The notes under the pieces: model-generated
What the model was told of the DNA's origin: nothing
Seen by the model: only the letters and a program-made list of their open reading frames with translations
Database searches by the model: none
In this document: in pieces, positions 1 to 12,899 of the stretch
Layout: each line of letters starts with the position of its first letter
Position numbering within the stretch: position 1 is the first letter of the stretch
Made by a program: the position numbers and the translations under genes
Source of the DNA: Mobula birostris
Lineage: Eukaryota
Assembly: GCF_030028105.1 (NCBI RefSeq)
Contig: NC_092379.1
Location: 28,141,821-28,205,820, forward strand
Length of the DNA stretch: 64,000 bases
Direction: 5' to 3'

Positions 1-551
1 AGTCTGTGAGTGCTGAAGAATTAAGCTGTGGATCATCAATAGAGATCTATTACATTTTTCTTTGTGTGCATCACCGCTAATTGGGCAGGGGTTCAGTAGC
101 AGTAACCTATTACATTTTGAAGCTGGTTACCATTCTAATTAATATGGGGGGGGGGGGTGCGTAGCGCGGTAAATTGACCCGCACAGAACGGAGCAGAAGT
201 TTGGCCAAATACAGGGGAAGAGGCTCTCTCCTCTGCAGTCTATCCGGATCTTATAAATACGTTTTGAGGTAAGCTTACGACAATTTGTCTGTCGCAGCAT
301 CCAGCCTTAGACCGGCTGTTAAGAGGGTAAATCCCCCACGCGAAGGTCAGTACCCTGAAGTGGATGCAGAGAGATACGGCACAAGATTAATGGGGAATAG
401 GTGTAATAGGTTATACGGTGGTAAATCCGCACACTGAAGTATTAGCATCCAGCCTTAGACCGGTTGTTAAGAGAAGGCATCCCCCACGAGAAGGTCAGGA
501 CCCTGAATTGGATGTCATAAAAGGAGGCGGCTGACCCAACCGACTAGGAAG

Positions 552-1605
552 TATGGAGCAACCATTAGGTGAGTTTGTAAATAACACGCTATTATTGAAA
601 TTATGCAGTGATGACCCTGACAGAGAAAATGGTTACCGAAGTTTGTCAGCATGCGTAAATCAGAAATTGGGTAGTGAAATTTGGCCTTATGGGGTGGGGG
701 GGGGCGCGAAGGTGGAAACCCGGGACTGAGATAAATATCTGAAAACAGAGGAAGCAATTTGGAGAAGTAATGCCGGTCAAAAATGGAAGGTTTGGATGCC
801 CAATTGGGGGCACAGTGCACGTCTAACAAGGATTTGTGTATGTGATAATGAAGGAACTTTGAAACCGTGGGAGGCATTAAAAGGACGGTGTGATGATTAT
901 GATACGAATAGGGGAAAACAGTATAGGGAAACCAAATATATCCAGGTTAAGGATAGACGACAAGGTAAGTATGAAGCCGGCAAAAGTAAAACTGAGGTAC
1001 CTCTTGACCTGTCTGGACTGCCCATGCTGTTTGATGATAATGAGACTGAGGAGGAGGAGTCTGGCGCACCCGTCCCCAGCCCACAGTGCCGCCACCCCCA
1101 TATGACGTTGACGCCACCCAACCCAGGCGCTTCAGAATGCACCCCCCCCCCCACGAGTTCAATAGCCTCCCAAACCAGGGGACAACTTCGGCAAAAGAAG
1201 GGTGATAGGCGCAAGACTAGGAGGCGACGAAACCTTTTTGCCGGAGACGGGACCCTAGTAGACCCTGAGACCGATACTGACTATAACTTTGGTGCTGATA
1301 ATGATGATCCCGAAGACCCTAGTCCACCACCTATACTAGATAATGTAATAACGAGTCCGATGAGACCCAGAGAGAGTGGGATCCAATGGCAATATCCTAA
1401 CAGGACCGTTACAAATCCTAATGCAGGACAGCAGGCCCAGGAGGCTACTATCCAGGTTTATACCACTTGGGAGCCCCAAGAAATGTGTATAATCATGAAC
1501 CAGGTCCTGAACAGAAAAAATGATCCCGAGGGATTTATCGCTTATATGATTGGGACAATCCAAACGTCTCTGGCTATTCCCCAGGATGAATTCCCCGGCT
1601 TCTGA
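552..1605 (+). pseudogene. ERV gag, frameshifted and 3'-truncated
   Basis: MEQPLGEF...EIWPYG matrix-like start, proline/acidic-rich middle, capsid-like start (YTTWEPQEM). Runs directly into RT sequence, so the end of gag, the protease and the start of RT are deleted. Confidence 0.65.
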
Positions 1606-1904
1606 GTTGCAGTGCCTTTTTGCATTTACCTTTCAAGATCAGCAGTACACTTGGACGAGGTTACCCCAAGGTTTCGAGCACTCTCCCACCATTTTCTAAC
1701 ACATATTGCACAGGCAGCTTAGAGATTTACAATTTCCCATGGGCCCTAAGGTAAATCTGTCCGTGGACGACCTCCGGCTGGCAAACCCGTCATAGACATC
1801 AAACACATGACACCAATACACTTTCAAATGCCCTGCATTCGTGGGGATACATGATCCCACCCCAAAAAGTAAAGGCAGCCGAAAGGCAAGTGAGATTTCC
1901 TTTC

Positions 1905-4900
1905 AGGTAGGTTGGTTACTGCTATTGGGGAAGCTTTATACTAGATTTGCAGGGGCATGGGAACCAGAGTGCCAGAGCTGACAGTGGGGGCTGGGGTGCA
2001 AATAAATGATGTTAAAAGTCCAAGCAAAGCCGCAAATAGAAAGGTTGTAGGTTGCGGTAAAAATCTTCTGAGGTGTATATATTTCAAAGCTAGGAGTATT
2101 GCGAGGAAGGCAGACGAGTTCAGGGCGTGGATTGACACGTGGAATTATGTCGTTATAGCAATTATTGAAACTTGGCTACAGGAGGGGCAGGACTGGTAGC
2201 TTAATATTTCAGGGTTCCGATGTTTCAGATGTGATAGAGGCGGAGGAATGAAAGGTGGAGGGGGTGGTAGCATTTCTTGTCAGTGAAAATGTAACAGTAG
2301 TGCTCAGGCAGGACAGATTAGAGGGCTTCTCTACTGAGACCTTATGGGTAGAGCTGAGAAATAGCGAAGGTATGGCCACATTAGTGGGGGTGTATTACAG
2401 ATCACCCAATAGTCAGCGAGTATTGGAGGAGCAAATCTGCAGAGAGATAGCAGGCAACTGCAGGAAACATAAAGTTGTGGTGGTAGGGGATTTTAATTTT
2501 CCACATATTAATTGGGACTCCCTTACTGTTAGGGGTCAAGATGGGTTAGAGTTTGTAAAATGCGTTCAGGAACGTTTTCTAAATCAATACATAGAGGTAC
2601 CAACTACAGAGGATGCAATATTAGATCTCCCATTAGGAAACGAGTTAGGGCAAGTGACGAAAGTGTGCCTAGGGGAGCACTTTGGTTCCAGTGATCATAA
2701 CACCATTAGTTTCAACTTGATCATGGATAAAGATAGATCTGGTTCTAGGGCTGAGGTTCTAAACTGGAAGAAGGCTAAATTTGAAGAAATGCGAAAGCAT
2801 CTGAAAAGCACAGACTGGGACAGGTTGTTCTCTGGTAAAGATGTGATCGCTAGGTGGGAAGCCTTCAAAGGAGAAATTTTGAGAGTGCAGATCTTGTATG
2901 TTCCTGTCAGGATTAAAGGCAAAGTTAATAGGAATAGAGGAACCTTGGTTCTCACGGGACATTGCAACCGTGATAAAGAAGAAGAGAGAGTTGTATGATA
3001 TGTATGGGAAACAGGGAGTAAATAAGTTTCACCAGTAGTATACACATTGCAAGAAAATACTTAAGAAGGAAATTGGGATGGCAAAAAGAAGACATGAGGT
3101 TGCCCTGGCAATCAAAGTGAAGGACAGTCCATTGAGCTTTTGCAGGTATATTAAGAGTAAAAGGATTGTAAGGGATAAAATTGGTCCTCTTGAAGATCAG
3201 AGTGGTCGGCTATGTGCGTTACCGCAGGAAATGGGGGAGATCTTAAATGCGTTTTTTGCGTCTCTGTTTACTAAGAAAACTGGCATGAAGTCTATGGAAT
3301 TAAAGGAAACAAGTAATGAGATCATGGAAACTTTACAGATTGAAAAGGAGGAGGCGCTTACTATCTTGAGGCAAATTAAAGTGGATAAATCCCCAGGACC
3401 TGACAGGGTATTCCCTCGGACCTTGAAGGAGACTACTGCTCTCATTTCAGGGGCCCTGGCAGATATATTTAAAATGTCGGTGTCTACGGGTGAGATGCTG
3501 GACGACTGGGAGAATGGCTCATGTTGTTCTGTTGTTTAAAAAAGAATCGAAAATTTATCAGGGAAATTATAGGCCGGTAAATTTGATGTTGGTAATGGGT
3601 AAGTTATTGGAGTGAGTACTAAGAGACAGAATCTACACGCATTCGGATAGACAGGGACTTATCAGGGAGAGTCAACATGGCTTTGTGCGTGGTAGGTCAT
3701 GTTTGGCCAATCTATTGGAGTTTTTCGAGGAGGTTACCAGGAAAGTGAATGAAGGGAAGGCAGTGGATGTTGTCTACATGGATTTCAGTAAGGCTTTTGA
3801 CAAGGTCCCGCATGGGAGGTTAGTTAGGAAAATGCAGTCGCTAGGTATACATGGAGAAGCGGTAAATTGGATTAGACATTGGCTCAATGGAAAAAGACAA
3901 AGAGTGGTAGTAGAGGATTGCTTATCAGAGTGGAAGCCTGTGACTAGCGGTGTGTCACAGGGATCAGTGCTGGGTCCATTGTTATTTGTCATCTATATCA
4001 ATGATCTGGATGATAATGTGGTAAATTGGATCAGCAAATTTGCTGATGATACAAAGATTGGAGGTATAGTGTGCACCTCACAGGAGACTTTCAAAGCTTG
4101 CAGAGGGATTTGGACCGGCTGGAAAAAATTGCTGAAAAAAATGGCAGATGGAGTTTCATACAGACAAGTGTGAGTTATTGTACTTTGGAAGGACAAACCA
4201 AGGTAGAACATACAGGGTACATGGTAAGGCACTGAGGAGTGCAGAAGAACAGAGGATCTGGGAATACAGATACAAAATTCCCTAAAAAGTGGTGTCACAG
4301 GTAGATAGCGTCGTAAAGTGAGCTTTTGGTACATTGGCCTTTATTAATCAAAGTTAAGTATAAGAGCTGTGATGTTATGGTGAGGTAATATAAGGCACTG
4401 GCGAGGCCGAATCCGGAGTATTGTGTTCAGTTCTGGTCACCAAATTACAGGAAGGATATTAATCAGGTTGAAAGCGTGCAGAGAAGATTTGCAAGGAAGG
4501 TTTACCAGGAGAAACTCAGTTATGGAGAAAGTTAAATAGGTTAGAACTTTATTCCTTGGGGCGTAGAAGAAAGAGGGGAGGTTTGATGGCGGTATATAAA
4601 ATTATGACGGGTATAGATAGAGCGAATGAAAGCAATCTTTTTCCACTGAGGCAAGGGGAGAAAAGAACCAGAGGACATGGGCTAAGGGTGAAGGGGGAAA
4701 AGTTTAAAGGGAACATTGGGGGAGGGGGCTTCTTCACACAGAGAGTGGTGGGAGTATTGAATGAGCTGCCAGACGAGGTGGTAAATGCGGGCTCATTTTT
4801 AACATTTAAGAATAAATTATACAGATACATGGATGGGAGGTGTACGGAGGGATTTGGTCCGTGTGCCATTCAGTGGGATTAGGCAGAAAATGGTGCGGCA

Positions 4901-4957
4901 CAGCCAAGAAGGGCCAAAGGCCTGCTTCTGTGCTGCAGTTTTTCTATGGTTTCTATG
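1905..4957 (+). mobile_element. CR1 LINE (ORF2 endonuclease-RT, decayed) inserted in ERV pol
   Basis: APE motifs (GVYYRSPN, GDFNFPHINW), RT motifs (QGSVLGPLLF, KFADDTK), CR1 C-terminus and TTTCTATGG tail. ERV RT motifs resume on both sides. Boundaries approximate. Confidence 0.92.
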
Positions 4958-7356
4958 GAAAGGCAGCTCACCCCTGCAAAGATGACCCTAATCCTTGCAA
5001 CTCCCTGCCCATTACGCCAAAAGCCATACGTGCTTTCCTTGGCCTGTTAAACTTTTGTAGACAGTGGATTCCGAATGTTGCTCTGTGTGCAAGAGATTTG
5101 AACCTTCTGGCTTCCACCACGCTTAAGGGGCCTCTAAAACTAACTGCGCAACAGAAAGAAGCCTTTGAGTAATTGAATAAAAATCGTTCTCGAGGGCGCC
5201 TGTTTTCGGCCGCCCACTCGTTGACCATCCGTTCCAGCATTTTGTGAATGTTTTCGATGGCTGCGTCACTGCAGTGCTCACTCAGACTCATGGGGATAGG
5301 CGCAGCCCTGTTGCCTATTATTCCACTAAGTTAGATCCCGTAGCGCAGGAAATAACCCCCGGCTAAGAGATGTTTCCGGCGATTTACTCCATAGTTACGA
5401 GTGCTTCCAACATGACTCTCCGAAAGCATGTTACAGTGTATTCGTCCCATGCCATTGCAGCCCTGTTGACCTCCTATCAGAACGAAAATCTGACCCAGGC
5501 CAGAATAAGTCGCTATGAAATAGCTTTACTTAATAGCCCACTCCTGAACTTTGCTTACTGTAATGCCATCAACCCCGCTCCGTTTTTAGAGACGGATCCC
5601 GTTGTGTTGACAGAACCACTTCATGACTGTCTGCTACGGAACCATTTTGTCACCACACCACGCCCCGAACTCTCAGATGTAGCTATTCCAGGGGCACAAC
5701 TTGCCCTATACGAGGATGGCTGTTTCACCGTATTTGAGACCGGGGAACTCTTCTGCGGCTACGCCGTTGTCGGCGATGAAAACATGCACAAAAGTGGCGT
5801 TCTCCAGCCCCCAGTCTCCGCCCAAAAAGCAGAACCTTTTGCTCTCACTCGCGCCTGCATTCAGCTAAGGACAAAAAAGGCCAATGTTTATACAGACTCT
5901 CGCTACGCAGTTGGGGTGGCAGTTGGGCAACTCTGGACGCAGCGGAGGTTTAGTCAAGTTCTCCGGGACCCCCATCCAGATTGCCATTTATGTAAACAAT
6001 CTCCTCCAGGCTAGGCCCCTCACCGAAAAAAAAGGTCATTATTAAGTGATCGGCTCATCTAAAAGACGAATCTGCAGTGACTAAGGGAAACTACATGGCT
6101 GACTTGGCAGCCAGGCAGGCTCACCGGAGTAGACCATTATAGTTTCCACAGCAAAGCGATTGGACTTCACCGTGACTAAATCACCACGAGCGCCGGGCAC
6201 TCCAGACAGGGCTACAGTTCAAAAACTCCAGGGGGACGCCCTGATTCATAAAAACAGCTCTCGAAGGCACACGGATGTGCGCATTCGGTGTCCACAGGAC
6301 TCTATCATGACCCAGTGGACCAAGTTGTATTCCTGATGCTTTGTTGCAAATGCTACTTGATTGCCTGCATACGAACACCCACCTTGGCAAGGAGGGAATT
6401 AGTATTATTTTGCTCCGCACATGGTGGCACCCAAGGCTGGAGAAGGCTGCCAGAGCAAACATGCAAGCCTATTTGATTTGCCAAAAAAAAACCGCGGGAA
6501 AATGAGTAAGATTTGCCCCAGGGAAAAAAAAAAACCGTTACCAAGTGGTCCTTTTGAATGTATTCAGTTCGATGTTATCAAACGACCGCGTGTACAGTGT
6601 TCTAAGTATTGTTTAGTGATTGTAGATGTGTTCAGTAGTTGGATTGAAGCCTTTCCCACTACTAATAATAAAGCTTCCACTCTGGTAAGGTTGTTCCTTA
6701 CAGAGATTATATCAAGATTCTGGGTACCCAGACAGATAGGTTCTGACAATGGCCTCATTTTATGGGAAAAATAAACAAAGAGCTGTGTGAGGTGCTGCTG
6801 ATTGAGCAGCAGTTTCATTGTGTCTACCACCCGAAGGCTGCAGAAATGGTGGAGGTGGCTAACGTCATCCTTAAAATACGTTGTCTAAGTTAATGTCCGA
6901 AATTGGACTGCGCTGGCTGAAGGTCCTTTCGTTAGCTTCATACCAAATGAGAATTACCCCATATTCAACTACAGGGGTAATGCAGCTGAATTTGTCTGTG
7001 GACGCCCTGAAAGGATCCTATGAGACGCTAACACGCAGCCTCCGACCCAAGTTAACTTTAATGTCATCGGGGATGAATTGCAGAAGTACTTTCGCCAACG
7101 AACATCCTCTCTAAAGTTTCTCCATTCGCAGGTAAAGAATACCCTTAAGGATTCCGGAGGACGAGGAACGGAGTGCCTGGAGTTGAAAATTGGAGTATCG
7201 GTGCTGATCAGGGACTGGGAGCGTCCCAAACTTGAACCCCGGCGGAAAGGTCCATTCCAGATACTACTGCAAACGCCGACGCTGGTAAACGTACAAGGCC
7301 AGGAACTTTGGATACACCTCAGTGACGGTAAAAGATGGCTCCCAGGCCGCAATTAA
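4958..7356 (+). pseudogene. ERV pol remainder (RT C-terminus, RNase H, integrase)
   Basis: ORFs 4840-5172, 5370-6014, 6421-6774 and 7078-7356 carry gamma/epsilon-like RT, RNase H and IN motifs, including the C-terminal LEPRRKGPFQILLQTPT. Confidence 0.88.
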
Positions 7357-8475
7357 TCATTTGCGGAGTTATTTCTTTGTGGTGTGCTGCAATTGATTCT
7401 TTAGAGGACAATTTGTTTTATCGAGCTGATCACCGGCTGCATGGTAACCATACTGTATGTTATTCTTTGGTAAAGTGTGCAGATACACTGGTTGTAGCTA
7501 ACCCAGCAGGGCTATTCTGTATAGAACATGACGTAATTGAGGAGGACAGACCAGGGGTAGAATGTAAAGGAATAGAGGGAAAGTTTCGAAGAGAGATCAG
7601 GGGAAAATGTATTGAGGGAATAGATGACAACTATGGCGCGGACACTAGGCGTTTGGAGACGGGAGAACGGCATGCAATGGGGGACGAGAAAGAGTGGGTT
7701 CCTAGCACACGCTGTTGAAGCACCAGGGATTATCTTTTCCGTTTCACGGGAAAGGGATGGGGATGCGTTTTCGCCAGGGTACCCCGGGAAATACCTAGAT
7801 TGAAGAGACGTTGTTTGGACCACAGCTGTAAGATAGAGAAGGGAATATTCTCCTGCGAATATATCCAAGAGCAATGCGTGTCCTTCGCTAAGGGAATTCA
7901 GTATGTATGTGGATATTGTGTTGGCACTCATCTGTCATCTGGTTCAGGGAGTTTTGAATACTCCTCCCTGTATCGCGAGGAGTACTGAGAGTATAATGAA
8001 ATAGTAATTCGTACGAATTCTTGCTACAGGACCAAAACAGGATACGTTTTCTTGTTTAACGGCACCTATACTACGGCCACCACCATTCTATCTACTCTCT
8101 CTGCGGTTGCAACAATTGGGGTGTGGTGTATACGCCATAGTCGGAGAAAAACGCATCACCCATGTTACTGATGAATCATACGATGCAACCCATTCCATCC
8201 AATCTATTAAGAAACAATTGGAAGACTTCAGGCAAGGTTCTGAGAAAGGGCTTGGCTTGTTCGGATGGTTGCTGGGAGGATCTTCGAGGGCTTACTTACT
8301 GCACGGGTTGATTGTTTCCATTGCTATAATTGTCGTGTATTGCGCGATAATGACTTTGCCTAAACGCTGGCTGCAGAATTTTCACGGAAAGGCTGATGAT
8401 GCCCTTCTCGAACCCCATTTAATTAGAGACCATGATATGCTAAAAGGGGGGAATGACAGAGAAGAGGAGAGGTAA
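7335..8475 (+). pseudogene. ERV env, frameshifted and internally deleted
   Basis: Hydrophobic signal-like N-terminus (MAPRPQLIICGVISLWCAA), Cys-rich SU-like fragments, degenerate CX6CC region (GVYAIVGEKRITHVTDES) and a transmembrane segment (LLHGLIVSIAIIVVYCAIM). Confidence 0.75.
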
Positions 8476-8956
8476 ATATGGGTATAGACTAAGAGCAGTG
8501 ATCAGCTATTGATCAATTAATTTATGAGTACCTTATGTTAATTTCGCTGGGCAAGTCAGAAAGAAACCCTACCCAGCAAAATGTGACATACTAAACATTG
8601 TTCTCTGAAAATGCTAGATAAAGGTTCAAATAAGGAATTACCTGTTCATACCGAAGCATTTTGAGGCATAATTAAATATTGGTAAAAGAATGATTGAAGG
8701 GACATCGCAAGGTATAACTAAATATGGGAAGGATAGCTTAGGGGATAGAACGTTCGAGAGAAAGGGGGACGTGTCATTATAAGCAACTGATGTTGTATCC
8801 AGGCAGGCTTTGGCATGAAATAATCATAACTAACCTTAGATGATTTTACATCTAAAACTATATTAGCATATGGTCGAAACAATTAACATGTGATTGAAAC
8901 TATTCTAAAACCGTTAACTCGGGTAATTGTAAGATTTCCTGTCGACGGGATGATCA
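8454..8956 (+). repeat. ERV 3' LTR (~500 bp, TGA...TCA)
   Basis: Starts TGACAG immediately after the PPT. The right end at TGATCA is inferred from terminal symmetry only. Confidence 0.6.
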
Positions 8957-9299
8957 ATGTTATAAATTGTGAAGATTTGTGATTCGCGGGAGAGTAGTGT
9001 CCGTACTGGCTCTTTGGGAGATCAGTCTGTACTTCCCCCATAGCATGCTACGAATAAAGGGTAAAGCTTGAGAAAGTATTTCGTGTGTTATTGCGTTTGC
9101 GGTGTCTGCGTTCTTGCATCGGGTCAATCCGCCGTGACACCAGGGCATCTCTTTGGAAACAGGACGTAGTGCCGAACTCCTACACAGAACATTGAACACA
9201 ACGAGACGGTTCCCAACACAAGATTGCGGCGAACGGCCGGACCTATCTAGCGAAGACGAGTGCAAAAAGAGCGATAGTTCCAAACAACGATAGACAGTT

Positions 9300-10102
9300 T
9301 CTTATCTTGACACAGCAAGGCTCTGCTCTTTCTCCAGCGGTAGAACTTGACGGCGAAACAGGCATGGCGTCAGAAGGAAGTGGAAGAGAAAGGAACAGTG
9401 CAGCCTCAGGTTAACGGCAAAGACGGCCTGGCTTACCCAACGGAGGCAAGAAGAGGAAGGGACAGATTCAACAGCAGAGAAACGGCAAAGACGGCCTAAC
9501 TTGCCCACGAAGGCGAGGACGGGATAGTGACGGGACGAACCAGCATACACACTCGAACCCAGGGACTCTTATATTCCCAGCCCCAAGACAAGCATCAGGT
9601 GCCTATGATTAAACCCAACTGAAACAAGGGACAGCGGGAAGACCCGAAGTCCGGAGTCCACGGACCAGACCGTGAACCGGAACGTGGCCTTCAAGAGCCA
9701 GACCATGTCAGTAGCACCCCGTTTATGGGAGTCTCCAGGCGACCGAATAGGCTCTCCAGGACATAGGCCGACCTGGGCGGGTGCGGGGTGGGGGGGTATT
9801 CAATCAGCAGAAAACCCGTGAAGACGAGAGTTAGATGACAGTGTCTGCGTTGCTGGGTCCATGTATGGCTGGTTCTTTCTGTCATAGCCGGGGCGCTGGG
9901 AGGCGGACCCAAATGCAAGACATAGACACTGAAGTACGACGAACTGAACTGCATTAGGATCAGGGACAGGACAGGGCACAGACTAGGAGCTGGGACTTGG
10001 GCTAGGACTTTGTTCAGGAAAACGGGACAAAGGCAAGGAACTGGGAAATAAGAGTCTGGGCTTGGACTCCGAGTCTAAGTCTGGAGAAGGACCCAGAACC
10101 TG
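9300..10102 (-). mobile_element. Non-autonomous Gypsy-type LTR element: partial 5' LTR (10102-9880), 169-bp internal region, partial 3' LTR (9710-~9300)
   Basis: On the minus strand an LTR ends ...GGCTATGACA and is followed by GAAAGAACCAGCCATACATGGACCCAGC, then a PPT-like TAAACGGGGTGCTAC and a new LTR start TGACATGGTCTGG. Both LTR parts resemble the solo LTR at 56791-58567. Confidence 0.7.
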
Positions 10103-12470
10103 TGTACCTTACGAATACCTGTCACAATATGTTGACAGACCGACTAGGGGGAATGCCATACTAGATCTATTATTAGGTGACGAACCGCGTCAGGACACAG
10201 ATCTCTCAGAGGGGGAGCAGCTGGGTGACAGTGACAACCGCTCCTTGGCCTTTAACGTTATCATAGAAAAGGATAGAATTAGAGAGAACAGGATTTTTTT
10301 TTAATTGGGCAAAAGCAAATTATGAGGCTACAAGGCTAGAACTTGCTTGTGTGAATTCGGATGATGTTTTGCAGGGAAATGTACTTTGGAGATGTGTTCG
10401 TTGTTTAGCGATCTCTTGCTGGATGTTCAGGATAAATTTGTCCCGGTGAGGAAGATAAAGAATGGCAGGGTGAAGGAACCATGTGTGACTAGTGAGTTGG
10501 AAAATCCAGTCAATTGGAAGAAGGCAGCATACATGAGGTTTAGGAAGCAAGGATCAGATGGGTCTATTGAGGAATATAGGGCAGAAAAAAAGAGCTTAAG
10601 AAGGGGCTGAGGATAGCAAGAAGCGGGGGCATGAGAAGGCACTGGCGAGTAGGGTAATGGAAAACCCCAAGGCATTTTTCAATTATGTGAAGAGCAAAAT
10701 TATGACAGGAGTGAAGGTTGGACCAATTAGAGAGAAAGGTGGGAAGATGTGCCTGCAGGCTGTGGAAGTCAGCGAGGTCCTCAATGAATTCTTCTCTCCG
10801 GTATTCACCAATGGGAGGGAACTTGATGAAGGTGAGGACAATATGAGTGAGGTTGATGTGATGGACCAGCTTGATATTTAAGGAGAGGAGGTGTTGGAGT
10901 TGTTAAACTACATTAAGATGGATAAGTTCCCGGGCCTAATGGAACATTCTCCAGGCTGCGACACGAGGCGAGGGAAGAAATTGCTGAGCCTCTGTCTACG
11001 ATCTTTATGTCGTCGTTGTCCGCGGGAATGGTACCGCAGGATTGGAAGGAGGCGAATATTGTCCCCTTGTTCGAAACGGTAACAGGGATAGTCCGCGAAA
11101 TTATAGACCAGTGATCCTTACGTCGGTGGTGGGAATTCTGTTAGAAAAGATACTTAGACATAGGATCTCTGGGCCTTTAGAGAATCATGGTCTGATTAGG
11201 GTCAGTCAGCATGGCTTTGTGAAGGGCAGATCGTGTCTAACAAGCCTTATGGAGTTCTTTGAGGAGGGCACCAGGCATATAGATGAGGGTAGTGCAGTGG
11301 ATGTGATCTACATGTATTCTAATGAGGAATTTGACAAGGTTCCACACGGTAGGCTTATTCAGAAAATCAGAAGGCATGGGATCCAGGGAAGTTTGACCAG
11401 GTGAATTCGGAACTGGCACGCCTGCAGAAAGCAGAGGGTCGTGGTGCAGGGAGTACATTCGGATTGGAGGGTGGTAACTAGTGGTGTCCCACAAGCAACG
11501 GTTCTGGGACCTCTGCGTTTCGGGATTTTTATGAACGACCTGGATATGGGGGTAGAAGGGTGGGTTGGAAGGTTTACAGAAGACACAAAGGTTGGTAGTG
11601 TTGCGGATAGTGTACAGGATTGTCGAAGATTGCAGTGAGACATTCATAGGATGCTGAAGTGGGCTGAGTAGTAGCAAATGAAGTTCAACCCGGAGAAGTT
11701 TAAGGTGGTACACTTTGGAAGGACAAACTCCAGGGAAGAGTACAAAGTAAATGGCAGGATAGTTGGTAGTGTGGAGGAGCTGAGGGATCTAGGAGTACAT
11801 GTCCGTATCTCCCTGAAAGTTGCCTCACAGGTAGATCGCGTAGTTAAGTAAGCTTATGGAGTGTTAGCTTTCATAAGTCAAGGGACAGAGTTTAAGAGTC
11901 GCGGGGCAATAATGTAGCTCTCTAAATCTCTGGTTTGGCCACACTTGGAGTACTGTCTCCAGTTCTGTTCGCCTCACTATAGGAAGGATGCGGAAGCATT
12001 GGAAAGGGCACAGAGGAGATTACCAGAATGCGGCCTGGCTTAGAGGGTATGCATTATGATCAGAGATTAATGAAGCTAGGGCATTATTCTTTGTTGAAAA
12101 CAGAGGATGAGAGGAGACATGATAGAGGCATATAGATATTAAGAGGAATAAATAGAGTGGACAGCCAGCGGCTCTTCGCCGGGGCACCACTATTCAGTAC
12201 AAGAAGATATGGTTTTAAGGTAAGTGGTGGGATGTTCAAGGGGTATATTAGAGGAAGTTTGTTTTTTTTTTACTCAGAGAGTGGTTGGTGGGTGCAATGC
12301 ACTGCCTGAGTCAGTGGTGGAGGCAGACACACTACTGAAATTTAAGAGGCTGCCGGACAGGTATGTGGAGGAATTTAAGGCGGGAGGTAGGGTTTAAGGA
12401 TCCGCACGACATTGTAGGTCGAAGGGCCTGTAATGTGTTGTACTATTCTATGATTTATGTTCTATGCTCC
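10103..12470 (+). mobile_element. CR1 LINE, 5'-truncated and decayed
   Basis: CR1 ORF2 fragments (NYRPVILTSVVG, QHGFVKGRSCLT, VPQATVLGP) and a TTCTATG-type tail. Confidence 0.92.
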
Positions 12471-12899
12471 AAACATTACCTCGGAGCTCCTGAACTCCAT
12501 CCTGTGATTTTCGGATCTCAACGAAACAGTAGGTCTGTCACAATTCTTTGGGGCTGCTAAATATGCTCCTATATACTCTATATTGAGCCTGCAGAGAACC
12601 AGCTGAGAGCTGAGAGGTCCTGTGTAGGGTAGATAAATCACTGCATTTATCACAAACTCTACGTAGAAGTTGTTCAGATCACAAAGCCGCGCTTCTGAAG
12701 GTATGTCCGTGATCAAGGGTCTGTTTGGGTTTTAAAGTCTTCGGTTCCTTAGAAGCATTGTCAGGGTATTAAATGTTCCGGGCAGAATTCAAAAAATGGG
12801 CTGATAAGGGTAAATAATTAGCCATAATAAAATGATGGAGAAAACTCGACGGGCCGAATTCTGCTTATTCTGCTCCAATGTAGCATATTATTCTGGTTT

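Larger units (their letters stand above)
1..8956 (+). mobile_element. Defective class I (epsilon/gamma-like) endogenous retrovirus: leader, gag, deleted pol, env, 3' LTR; interrupted by a CR1
   Basis: Gag-like ORF 796-1605. RT motifs FAFT..QYTWTRLPQGF and SVDD at 1607-1900. FLGLLNFCRQWIP, RNase H (SAQKAE..ALTRAC) and integrase (GPFECIQFD, KYCLVIVDVFSSWIEAFPT, SDNG) at 4960-7356. Env fragments, then PPT AAAAGGGGGGAA at 8442-8453 followed by TGA. The 5' LTR lies outside the window. Confidence 0.9.
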
